Shown here piece after piece: positions 8,351-16,583 of a DNA stretch of 42,501 bases (position 1 is the stretch's first letter; the number at the start of each line of letters is the position of its first letter). A model generated the notes under the pieces. It worked only from the letters and a program-made list of their open reading frames with translations. It ran no database searches and was not told the origin of the DNA. The position numbers were made by a program, and so were the translations under genes. The stretch comes from Lentisphaeria bacterium (GTDB taxonomy: Bacteria > Verrucomicrobiota > Lentisphaeria > Victivallales > Victivallaceae): assembly GCA_017504125.1 (NCBI GenBank), contig JAFVRT010000246.1, positions 1 to 42,501 of the forward strand, written 5' to 3'.

Positions 8351-10351
8351 TCACCAATCCTTTTCCACTTGACTGCGGCGCATACGGTTGCGCTGTTTTA
8401 TGGCTTCGCGCAGTTTTTTATCATCTTCGCCCATAAGTTCCAGAAGCTGTTCGGAGCTTTGAGGCGGTTTATCCTTTTTCATTTCTCTGCCTGATGCGGG
8501 CGACGGTTGTTTTTCCGGAGTTTTACCGGAATCTTTTTTATCTTTTCCCGGCTGCGGCTTCTTTTGATTTCCCAGATCGTGTTTTTTCAATTCTTTCATG
8601 GCATTTTCTATATGCTGCTGACTTTTTCTGTCTTCATTTGCCGCCTTTTCAGCGGCAGCTTTTTTCACTTCCTCCGCCGCTTTACCGGCAGAATCCGCCA
8701 TTTGGGACTGATTCAGTTCTGAAGCCTGTTTCTGCATTTTTTCCGCTTCTTTGCGGGCCTGTTCTATGGAATTCTGCTGCTGCTGCCGCTGCGACCGATC
8801 CTGCGGAGTATTTTTATTCTGTTTCTGAGCCTGCCGGGTTTGATTCTGAGCTTTCTGCTGCTGTTTTTTCAATTCTTCGATCTTTTTCTTCAATTCTTCA
8901 ATTCTTTTCCGGTCATGGGCCAGCCGGGTCAGATTGGAACCGAATTCCGGAATGGCAGCGGCACCGACGGCGGAACGGGAATAAAGTTCTTCGCTTCCGG
9001 CGGCACTTTGTTCTGCTTCTGCAAGGAGCTGCAGCGAGCGGTCAAGCTGCTGCTGCTGAAGCTGCTGCTGTGCCTGAGCAAACTGCTTGCGGCAGTTGTG
9101 GTGGATCCCGGCACCGAGATTATGAAACGCCATGGCACGGAGTTCGGGAGAGATCCGGGGATCAGCAAGAAGTTTTTCATATAACCCGGTATACTCAGGA
9201 TTGCCTGAAAGCTGAAGTTTTCTCGCCGTATTGTACAGTCCTGCGGCATCTTCGGGAATGACTATGGCTGGTTTTGCGGCAGCCTTAACCGTTTCTCCGG
9301 AATTTTCAGCGGCACCGATACAAAACGCTCCGGCAGCGCACATAAAAAGTACAGCGGCACTTTTTCTTTCGGATATCAGCAAAAATATAATGATTAAGAC
9401 CAAAGCCGCCGCAAGAAGCTTCGGAAATTCCTCAACCGGGATCTGTTGTTTTACATTTTTTCTTGCGCTCCGGTCGAGATTGTTTATAGCATCTTCAAGC
9501 TGCCGCACCCCGGTATCAGTAGCGGAAGTGCGAAAATAAAGTCCCCCCGTTGCGGCAGCAAGTTTGCTCAGCATCTTTTCATTGAGTTTTGAAGTTACCA
9601 TCTTGCCGTTGCGGTCGCGGATAAAACCGCTTTCATTACCGCCTTTCGGTATCACAGAACCGTTTACCGGATCGCCGAACCCGATGATGAACAACGGGAG
9701 TCTTTTCTTTTTGAGTTCCGCGATCATGGCGGAACTGTTTCCCTGAAGTTCTTCACCGTCTGTCAGCAATATCACAGCTCTGCTGTTGCCTTCAGAAGCG
9801 GCAAAAGCCTTTTCCGCCACCCGGAGAGCTTTTTCGAGATTGGTTCCCCCCACCGGTATGGAATCACTGGAAAGCTCGTCCACATACTCGTTGAAAGTAA
9901 CCGGATCAGAAGTAAGCGGACAACTTAAAAAAGCATTACCGGCAAAAGGTACGAGTCCGAAACGATCTCCCCGTTCAGCACTGCTCAGCTGCCGCAGTAT
10001 GTACTGGGCATGTTTCAGACGGCTGGGCGCGATATCGGCGGCATTCATGCTCCGCGATACATCACAAAGCACCATGATATCCCGGCCTTTGGGTTCAAAG
10101 GGGAGCAGTCTGGAATAAAAAGAAGGTCTGGCAGCAGCCGCTATGAGCAGCACGATTGCGCTTCCGAGAATAATGCGCCGCCATAATCTCGCCCCGGCAG
10201 AAAGATGTACAGACTCCGGCGAATCGGCATTTTTTCCCAGAAGTGCCGCAAGCAGTTTCTTTTTTCTGGCATTACTGACTGCTGCGATCACCGGCATGAC
10301 CAGTACAGGTATTATCAGCAGATAGAGCCAATCAGCAGCATTGAATTTCAT
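8351..10351 (-). CDS. vWA-domain membrane protein (BatA/BatB-like) fused to a TPR region and a ~200-aa Q/K/E-rich tail
   Basis: The N-terminus MKFNAADWLYLLIIPVLVM is BatA-like. The MIDAS motif DVSRSM is at 10063-10046, followed by GGTNLEKAL and ILLTDGEE. A TM and a TPR-like segment follow, then a QQQLQQQQ/KKIEELKKQQQK low-complexity tail. I chose the ATG at 10351 (AAGGAG 8 nt upstream) over the track GTG at 10360. Confidence 0.8.
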   Translation of the reverse strand: MKFNAADWLYLLIIPVLVMPVIAAVSNARKKKLLAALLGKNADSPESVHLSAGARLWRRIILGSAIVLLIAAAARPSFYSRLLPFEPKGRDIMVLCDVSRSMNAADIAPSRLKHAQYILRQLSSAERGDRFGLVPFAGNAFLSCPLTSDPVTFNEYVDELSSDSIPVGGTNLEKALRVAEKAFAASEGNSRAVILLTDGEELQGNSSAMIAELKKKRLPLFIIGFGDPVNGSVIPKGGNESGFIRDRNGKMVTSKLNEKMLSKLAAATGGLYFRTSATDTGVRQLEDAINNLDRSARKNVKQQIPVEEFPKLLAAALVLIIIFLLISERKSAAVLFMCAAGAFCIGAAENSGETVKAAAKPAIVIPEDAAGLYNTARKLQLSGNPEYTGLYEKLLADPRISPELRAMAFHNLGAGIHHNCRKQFAQAQQQLQQQQLDRSLQLLAEAEQSAAGSEELYSRSAVGAAAIPEFGSNLTRLAHDRKRIEELKKKIEELKKQQQKAQNQTRQAQKQNKNTPQDRSQRQQQQNSIEQARKEAEKMQKQASELNQSQMADSAGKAAEEVKKAAAEKAANEDRKSQQHIENAMKELKKHDLGNQKKPQPGKDKKDSGKTPEKQPSPASGREMKKDKPPQSSEQLLELMGEDDKKLREAIKQRNRMRRSQVEKDW

Positions 10352-10396
10352 TTTTCTCACTCCTTACACAACTTGAAATCATCTCCTCATCATAAA

Positions 10397-10424
10397 AATA
10401 TAATCTGAATATGAAAAATTTCAA
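10397..10424 (-). promoter_or_regulatory. Candidate promoter of the Bat-like operon (TTGAAA-16-TATATT)
   Basis: Minus-strand -35 TTGAAA (10424..10419), 16-nt spacer, -10 TATATT (10402..10397). It lies directly downstream of the terminator at 10435-10475. Confidence 0.45.
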
Positions 10425-10434
10425 GTCCTGTTTG

Positions 10435-10475
10435 CAGAAAAAATACATCGCGGACGGCAGATGACTGCCGCCCGC
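10435..10475 (-). terminator. Rho-independent terminator after the phosphotriesterase-family gene
   Basis: The minus-strand RNA reads GCGGGCGGCAG-ucau-CUGCCGUCCGC, an 11-bp stem with one G-U pair (plus-strand 10450-10475). GAUGUAUUUUUUCUG follows it. The hairpin starts about 40 nt after the stop at 10515. Confidence 0.65.
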
Positions 10476-10514
10476 GAAGCATGAAATATTGCGGTCTGGT
10501 ACAATAAAAATATT

Positions 10515-11423
10515 TCAGGCCAAAAAACCGGCAGCATTACGGAGCGTAAACTGATCGGCGATATCCTGCGGCGCACCTTTTTTCACAAGTGCCGGGAGCA
10601 GTTCTGAGTAGATCACGCCCAGAGAATTCACATTGCCGCCGGGGGCGGGAGTTGACTCCATTATGTTATCCGGGCAGCAGATATGGTCACAGCTCACCAT
10701 GATGCGGTCGCCGAATCCTGCAGCAAGAAGTTCATACAAAACTTCCACCCGTTCAGCCACATTTCCGCTCCATATCCGGTCGACTGAAACATAACAGCCC
10801 TTTTTCAGCAGTTCAATGGCGTAATCAGCAGTATTGCAGTCGGCCACATGACCTACTGCTATCTTTGAAATATCCACTCCATTGCCGGTAAGTATTTCCA
10901 GAGCCTCAAGTCCGGTACGGTTGCCGGAGTGGCTGTGCATAAATATGGGCAGACCGGTTTCTTTATGGACGATGGCAACAGTTTCCAGATAATTTTTCAC
11001 GACTCTTGTAACACCTTCGGAATCGACGGCGCATTTGAGTATACTGATCCCGTTTCCGCTGTTTTTCACCTCGTCAGTAAGGAAACGGGCCATTGTTTGC
11101 GGAGCCACACAGTAAGCTGTGAAACATGGATAAAAATAAAATCCGCTTGAAGCGATGATTTGAACTCCGGAGCGTTCCGACACCTCTTTGAGCAAACCGA
11201 TATCGCGTCCAAGACTGATGGGAGTGCCATCTACCAGAGTGCGGACATTGTGTTTTTCTGCGATGTAACGCAGTTTTGCAACCGCAGCCTCCACCACTTT
11301 TTCCCGCGACAGCCATTGGGGGAACGCATATTGAAAATCCGGCGAAGAACAAATGATATGCTCATGGATCAATGTGCGCCCCAACTGTTCCGGAGCGATC
11401 GCTCCTGTTACCGTATTTATCAT
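10515..11423 (-). CDS. Phosphotriesterase-family (PHP/aryldialkylphosphatase-related) metal-dependent hydrolase
   Basis: 302 aa. The N-terminal LGRTLIHEHII carries the HxH metal ligands, and the TIM-barrel amidohydrolase pattern follows (IFMHSHSG, VGHVAD, VSVDRI). Confidence 0.8.
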   Translation of the reverse strand: MINTVTGAIAPEQLGRTLIHEHIICSSPDFQYAFPQWLSREKVVEAAVAKLRYIAEKHNVRTLVDGTPISLGRDIGLLKEVSERSGVQIIASSGFYFYPCFTAYCVAPQTMARFLTDEVKNSGNGISILKCAVDSEGVTRVVKNYLETVAIVHKETGLPIFMHSHSGNRTGLEALEILTGNGVDISKIAVGHVADCNTADYAIELLKKGCYVSVDRIWSGNVAERVEVLYELLAAGFGDRIMVSCDHICCPDNIMESTPAPGGNVNSLGVIYSELLPALVKKGAPQDIADQFTLRNAAGFLA

Positions 11424-11447
11424 ACTGTATACGCTTCCTTATCGTAT

Positions 11448-13625
11448 TTACCTGCTCAATTCGCTGATGACATATTCACAATTGACGATCTTTTCACGCA
11501 AGTCGTTCAAAGAATAGAAATAGTGATTGCTGGCCTCAAAACCGATACGGGAATCCCGTCTGGCGATATCGTAAATAGTCAAAGCGGTCTTCAGCTCCTC
11601 GGCAGCGCAGGCTTTCATGGTTTCTGCTGCTCCGGCGGAGCGTGCCATAACAAAGCGGATCTGCATCAGCGTACTGTACAAATGACAATAAGCAGCAGTT
11701 GCCACGGTAACGATCTCGTTGAATTCCTCTTTTTCCTGTTCCTGTACCATGGCTGCAGCCTTTTCAAGCACCTCCAGACCTTCGCGCCAGCCGTCGTTGA
11801 GCAGACGGAACTGGTTTTCAAAAACATCAGCCGGATACATCGCCCGCCAGTGATCGATATTATCGAAGGGGAATCCCACCATGGTGGGATTATATCCTGT
11901 AGGTTTGAGATGCAGCTGATTCATGGGAGCGAAATGCATGGGAGCACAGTAAGCCACCTGAACATTGAAGGGAAAATGACGGAATGCTTCGCTGAAGTGT
12001 TTCCATGCCCGGCACACCTCTTTTGCCAGTTCAGGAGCAAACTTACCGTTGGCGATCTCCTCAGGAGTTGCGGTCATAAGTTCCAGATTTCCGCCGGGGA
12101 ATCCACCCTGAGTCCAACTCAGCATGAGCCCTTTCACACCGGCGGCTTTCAAATTATCCAGATGTTCCCGGATAAGGTAAGGCACAGGGATATAGGGAAC
12201 TGCGGAAAGCTCCCAGGAATTGTTGATCTGCACCTTGGCGCACACCTGCAATCCCTTTTCGATGGCATATTTCCAGATATTTTTGGATTCTTCCGAAGGT
12301 CCGACCTGAGAAATGGAGTAATCACGCAAATATTGTTCCACGCCGCCGACGTTGGTAATAAGTCCCCATTCGCTTACGCTGTTGATGTAGACATTTTTAT
12401 TTTTCGGCAGCTTGTCGATGACCGCTCTCTTGAATTCTCCCGGCACATCATCTTCGGGGCTGCGCCGCCATGCCCAGTCATAGATGAGCATACGGGCATC
12501 GGGAGCAACGGAATGCATACCCCGTTCAATGGCGGCATTGACTCCGGCGATGATGTCTGCCGGATCGAACTTGCTGCAGCTGGGACATTCGCTGCTCCGG
12601 AGATCATAATGACAGTTGGTGGCGTTTTCTGATGCCGTGATAGTCAGCACACCGCCAAGATCCAGCACCTCTGTAAAGATGAAACGCAGAGCATTTTCCA
12701 GATACTCCAGAACTTCCGGAGTTCTGGTGGTACATATCGTGATGCGTTCACTTCTTGAAAGACGGCCCCGCCACAGGGGTTTCTTATCGTAAAACTCCAT
12801 GGGCATGCAGCGGGGTTCGTTGAGATACAGGAAGATCCTGATCCCGTACTTTTTGCAGCGCGCGACCAGTTTTTTCAAGTTGGCGATACGCTTTTCAGAT
12901 CCTCTGGAGTATTCTTCCGCGCCCGGTATGGGATAAAGAAGATAGAGAAGTGCATGCATCCATACGCCTTTGATACCCATGGAAGCATATTGAGCCATCA
13001 GATTTTCCGGAACCGGATCAAGTTCTTCGGCCTCCCCCAGCACATCACCGCAGCTGGCGGCGTAAGAGTGGATGAAATTGAAATCAAAATCCTCCCTGCC
13101 GCCGACCATTTTCACCGGCTTGTAAAGGTCGGAAAATGCAAAAGGCTGTTCCAGATATTTTTTTCTGTCGCCGGGGAAATATTTTTCCATGACCGCCTTT
13201 ATTTCAGCGGTACGGGCAGTTTCTTCTGTACTGAGCGGAGCATATTTCAACTCCGGGGCATCAGGTTTCAGCTTGCCGAGTTTGTGAAACAGAAAGTCCT
13301 CCTCTTTCAATGAATATGCCAGTTTTTCCGGAGTCCACGTCAACAGCTGCAGCAGTTGAGCATAATTCAGCAGCTGCCAGTTGTTGCGGATCAAAGTCAG
13401 ATAGCCGCGGGTGAGCCACTTCGGATTTACCTCAGGAGGCACGGCAAGTCCGAGATCTGCGGCAGCATTCAGGACTTCCTCCACGCTGCAATCCAACACT
13501 TCCGCGATACGCTCCGGCGGAACGAGTTCCCAGTTGCGCCACAGAAAATGCTGCCAGCGGGTAGGGAAATAGGGATAATCGACCGGAGCTTTCATCACTT
13601 CTACAGGCAAACAGGTCGTATTCAT
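11448..13625 (-). CDS. Uncharacterised 725-aa protein, putative clan GH-A (TIM-barrel) glycoside hydrolase
   Basis: IRIFLYLNEP (Glu codon at 12818-12816) resembles the beta-4 NEP acid/base motif. YINSVSEWG (Glu codon at 12371-12369) resembles a beta-7 nucleophile motif and lies 149 aa downstream. The N-terminal YPYFPTRWQHFLWRNWELVP domain is unknown to me. Family not assigned. Confidence 0.45.
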   Translation of the reverse strand: MNTTCLPVEVMKAPVDYPYFPTRWQHFLWRNWELVPPERIAEVLDCSVEEVLNAAADLGLAVPPEVNPKWLTRGYLTLIRNNWQLLNYAQLLQLLTWTPEKLAYSLKEEDFLFHKLGKLKPDAPELKYAPLSTEETARTAEIKAVMEKYFPGDRKKYLEQPFAFSDLYKPVKMVGGREDFDFNFIHSYAASCGDVLGEAEELDPVPENLMAQYASMGIKGVWMHALLYLLYPIPGAEEYSRGSEKRIANLKKLVARCKKYGIRIFLYLNEPRCMPMEFYDKKPLWRGRLSRSERITICTTRTPEVLEYLENALRFIFTEVLDLGGVLTITASENATNCHYDLRSSECPSCSKFDPADIIAGVNAAIERGMHSVAPDARMLIYDWAWRRSPEDDVPGEFKRAVIDKLPKNKNVYINSVSEWGLITNVGGVEQYLRDYSISQVGPSEESKNIWKYAIEKGLQVCAKVQINNSWELSAVPYIPVPYLIREHLDNLKAAGVKGLMLSWTQGGFPGGNLELMTATPEEIANGKFAPELAKEVCRAWKHFSEAFRHFPFNVQVAYCAPMHFAPMNQLHLKPTGYNPTMVGFPFDNIDHWRAMYPADVFENQFRLLNDGWREGLEVLEKAAAMVQEQEKEEFNEIVTVATAAYCHLYSTLMQIRFVMARSAGAAETMKACAAEELKTALTIYDIARRDSRIGFEASNHYFYSLNDLREKIVNCEYVISELSR

Positions 13626-13645
13626 TGCACAGCCCTCTTGAAAAC

Positions 13646-14443
13646 TTATTTGTTTCCGGAACAGAAACCGCTTCCAGTCATGTATTTATAGCTTTCTTCG
13701 ATCGCCTTCCACATTTCTATTTCACAATAGTCCAGCTCCACGATCACAGTTTTCACCTGATCGGGAGTATTCTTTATCAGTTCGGGGATGGGCAGAGTTC
13801 CGGTTCCCAGGGGCAGCAGATCGATTTTCATATCCAGCAGACCGTTTTTCATACCGGCGTTGGCGGCCTGCTGTGTGCAGATACCGTCTTTCATGTGGAT
13901 CAGAACAGTTTTATCAGCAAACTTTTTGAGCATTTCCACCGCATCTTCGGAACCTTTGTTGGTACTCCAGAAGCAGTCGATCTCATATTTCATCCGGGGG
14001 CAGAGTTCGTCATAGATCTCGTACTTGAGTTTGCCGTCGATACGCTCGAACTCCCAATAATGATTGTGCTGGAACAAAGTGATGCCCTGAGCGGCGAGAG
14101 CTTCCAGCATGGCGTTGGAGTTTTCGGCGGTACGCTTGATGGTATCAAGATCCTTGAAATCATCGGGGCCGTAGCCGCAGACACAATTGTCAAGTCCGAG
14201 GATCCCCAGAGTATCGACAGCTTTGCTGATATCAGCGACGGTACGCACCCAGGGGGAATGGGTGGAATAGATCTCCAAGCCCAGATCATCAAGAATTTTC
14301 TTCAATTCAGCAGGCGCAAGATTGAAAAATCCGGCGGGTTCCACGCCTTTGTAGCCGATCCGGGCCACGCCCTTCAGCACTTCAACAAAATCTTTTTCAG
14401 AATACTGGCGCAGAGAATACAACTGGACTGACAACGGTTTCAT
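13646..14443 (-). CDS. Sugar phosphate isomerase/epimerase (xylose-isomerase-like TIM barrel)
   Basis: 265 aa. VQLYSLRQY...IGYKGVEPAGFF is the family's typical N-terminus. AAGGAG RBS upstream. Confidence 0.8.
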   Translation of the reverse strand: MKPLSVQLYSLRQYSEKDFVEVLKGVARIGYKGVEPAGFFNLAPAELKKILDDLGLEIYSTHSPWVRTVADISKAVDTLGILGLDNCVCGYGPDDFKDLDTIKRTAENSNAMLEALAAQGITLFQHNHYWEFERIDGKLKYEIYDELCPRMKYEIDCFWSTNKGSEDAVEMLKKFADKTVLIHMKDGICTQQAANAGMKNGLLDMKIDLLPLGTGTLPIPELIKNTPDQVKTVIVELDYCEIEMWKAIEESYKYMTGSGFCSGNK

Positions 14444-14498
14444 AATATTGACTCCTTGATTTTTTCATAAAATTGCCTGCCGGCGGTAATTACTCTGT

Positions 14499-14527
14499 AA
14501 TATAACCGCGATAAATCAAAAAAGCAA
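14499..14527 (-). promoter_or_regulatory. Candidate promoter of the isomerase/GH-like/phosphotriesterase operon (TTGCTT-17-TATATT)
   Basis: Minus-strand -35 TTGCTT (14527..14522), 17-nt spacer, -10 TATATT (14504..14499). Confidence 0.4.
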
Positions 14528-14579
14528 GCTCAAAATAAGCTCAAAGGAGAATTTTATGCACCATTCCGGTACAGTCAGT

Positions 14580-15245
14580 TCATATTATTTCCCGCAAGAC
14601 AGCCAGGTCGGCGGGGATCGTGAGTTTTATATTGGGTTCGGGATTGATAACCATTGCCACCTGCATCCCGGCATGGCGGAGCAGACTTGCATCATCAGTA
14701 AAATCCGCTTCCGGGAACTCCGCAACAGCTTTTTTCCACTCTGCGATATGGAAAAGCTGGGGGGTTTCCACGGCAAACACACCTTCACGCTCCACTCTTG
14801 AAATAAGGACACCGTCTTCACTTTTCCACAAAGTATCGGTTACAGCCTTGCCCGGCAGAGAACCGGCACACGGCAGCGCAGCTTCATAAAGTTTTTTCAG
14901 CAGCGCGGCATCTGCCAGCGGACGGGCCGCGTCGTGAACTGCGACGATACCATCGGCTTCACCCAAAGCTGCCATTGCATTTCTTACAGATCTGCTCCGG
15001 GTCGTGCCTCCCTCGCACCAGATAATATCAAGATCCCTTGTAAAAGGCAATGCGGCATTTTCAAACTCCCTGATTCTGCCGGCGGGAACAGCTATCACAC
15101 ACCGGCCGGTCACAGCAGGGATAAGACGCCGCAGGGCATGAACGAATACGGGAGCACCGCTCAAATCAACCAGAAGTTTATCTCCCTGACCGAAACGGCG
15201 GGAACTTCCGGCAGCGACGATGATGAGATGGAGCGGAACAGTCAT
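14580..15245 (-). CDS. ispD: 2-C-methyl-D-erythritol 4-phosphate cytidylyltransferase
   Basis: 221 aa. Contains IIVAAGSSRRFG, VAVHDAARP, ETPQLF, FTDDASLL and NIKLTIPADL, which are IspD signature blocks. Confidence 0.9.
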   Translation of the reverse strand: MTVPLHLIIVAAGSSRRFGQGDKLLVDLSGAPVFVHALRRLIPAVTGRCVIAVPAGRIREFENAALPFTRDLDIIWCEGGTTRSRSVRNAMAALGEADGIVAVHDAARPLADAALLKKLYEAALPCAGSLPGKAVTDTLWKSEDGVLISRVEREGVFAVETPQLFHIAEWKKAVAEFPEADFTDDASLLRHAGMQVAMVINPEPNIKLTIPADLAVLREII

Positions 15246-15268
15246 AGCACTTCACTTATTGCCCCGTA

Positions 15269-15481
15269 TCAATTGGGGAAGTTCTGCTGGATATTGCGCA
15301 GCCAGCGTTTGATAATGGGCGAAAGCACAAAATCTTCCAGCGCATTATCTCTGACAAATTCAAAATCGCAATAAGGACAGCGGGGGAACGACTCAAGATC
15401 CACCGGCTGCAGTTTCTCCCCGCATTTGGGGCAGGGAACTTCCTCTTTTACGGAAATATAATTGTATTCATTGTTTTCCAT
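15269..15481 (-). CDS. Small zinc-ribbon protein (70 aa), function unknown
   Basis: CPKCGEKL...CPYCDF is a CxxC...CxxC arrangement. I chose the ATG at 15481 because the track GTG at 15499 falls inside the spacer of the predicted promoter. It lies 23 nt upstream of ispD. Confidence 0.45.
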   Translation of the reverse strand: MENNEYNYISVKEEVPCPKCGEKLQPVDLESFPRCPYCDFEFVRDNALEDFVLSPIIKRWLRNIQQNFPN

Positions 15482-15489
15482 AGTACTGT

Positions 15490-15518
15490 AATATATCACT
15501 TCGGACGGAATTTTTCAA
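15490..15518 (-). promoter_or_regulatory. Candidate promoter of the zinc-ribbon/ispD unit (TTGAAA-17-TATATT), apparently leaderless
   Basis: Minus-strand -35 TTGAAA (15518..15513), 17-nt spacer, -10 TATATT (15495..15490). Only 8 nt separate the -10 from the ATG at 15481, and there is no SD sequence. Confidence 0.4.
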
Positions 15519-15549
15519 TACACCTTTTGACTAAATTGTCCAAAGAACC

Positions 15550-15578
15550 TTGATTTATCGTAATTTTGGCTCTATATT
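15550..15578 (+). promoter_or_regulatory. Candidate promoter of the nucleotidyltransferase-kinase(-MoxR...) unit (TTGATT-17-TATATT)
   Basis: -35 TTGATT 15550-15555, 17-nt spacer, -10 TATATT 15573-15578. The leader contains a CCGGAA-ccgt-TTCCGG hairpin at 15604-15619. Confidence 0.45.
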
Positions 15579-15651
15579 ATAGAAGAAGTGTCATAAACAG
15601 ACTCCGGAACCGTTTCCGGGGCAAAACAATAATTTGGAGTTTAATTGAAAA

Positions 15652-16557
15652 ATGGAACTTACTCTCCTGGTTCTGGCTGCCGGTATGGGCAGCCGTTACG
15701 GCGGTCTTAAACAACTCGATCAGCTCGGTCCCGGCGGCGAAACCGTTATGGATTATTCTGTCTACGATGCGATGCGGGCCGGATTCAACCGTGTGGTATT
15801 TATCATCCGCCGGGATTTTGAAGAAGAATTTAAAAAAGTGATCGGTTCCCGTTACGCCGACAAGATCAAACTGGAATACGCTTTCCAGGACAAAAACGAC
15901 CTCCCCGGCGGATTCAAAGTTCCTGAAGGGCGGGAAAAACCCTGGGGTACTGGACACGCTGTTTATGCTGCCCGCGAACTTCTCAACGGCCCCTTTGCCG
16001 TCATCAATGCTGACGACTTCTACGGTGCCGACAGTTACCGCAAGCTGGCTGCTTATCTGACCAATCCTCCCGCTCCCGGCAAAGTTCGCGGTTGTATCGC
16101 AAGTTTCGTACTTTCCAACACCCTGAGCGAAAACGGTTCTGTTTCCCGCGGGATCTGTTCCTCTGAAAACGGCCTGCTGACCAAAGTGGTCGAAAACACC
16201 AAGATCTTCCGCAAAGACGACGGCAAGGTCTACAGCACTCAGGAAGACGGAACTGATATTGAACTTACCGGCAATGAATATGTTTCCATGAACTCCTGGG
16301 GATTCATGCCGGAAATGGTTGGCGAGATCGAAGCACTTTTCCTTGAATTCCTCAAAAACCGCGGAACCGAAATGAAAAGCGAATTCTATCTTCCCGGAGT
16401 CGTGGATTCCCTTATTTCCGCCGGCAAAGCCGAAATAGCCATGCTTCACAGTGCCGACAGCTGGTTCGGAGTTACCTACCGCGAAGACCGTCCCACTGTT
16501 CAGGCTGCGCTGGCTGAACTGGTGAAATCCGGTGCTTATCCGGCCAAACTTTTCTGA
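15652..16557 (+). CDS. Sugar-1-phosphate nucleotidyltransferase-family protein
   Basis: 301 aa. The N-terminal LLVLAAGMGSRYGGLKQLD is the NTP-transferase G-loop, with KPWGTGHAV and VINADDFYG further on. Confidence 0.75.
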   Translation: MELTLLVLAAGMGSRYGGLKQLDQLGPGGETVMDYSVYDAMRAGFNRVVFIIRRDFEEEFKKVIGSRYADKIKLEYAFQDKNDLPGGFKVPEGREKPWGTGHAVYAARELLNGPFAVINADDFYGADSYRKLAAYLTNPPAPGKVRGCIASFVLSNTLSENGSVSRGICSSENGLLTKVVENTKIFRKDDGKVYSTQEDGTDIELTGNEYVSMNSWGFMPEMVGEIEALFLEFLKNRGTEMKSEFYLPGVVDSLISAGKAEIAMLHSADSWFGVTYREDRPTVQAALAELVKSGAYPAKLF

Positions 16558-16583
16558 CAGCACAGCAGGAGCGGCATACAAAA

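Noticed and set aside
8494-9100. Short CTG/CAG triplet runs (for example 9045-9075 and 8770-8790) in the vWA gene tail, considered as possible slipped-strand phase-variation tracts.
   Set aside because: The runs are only 3-4 perfect units and are interrupted. They simply encode the Q-rich low-complexity region. Nothing suggests hypermutable repeats.
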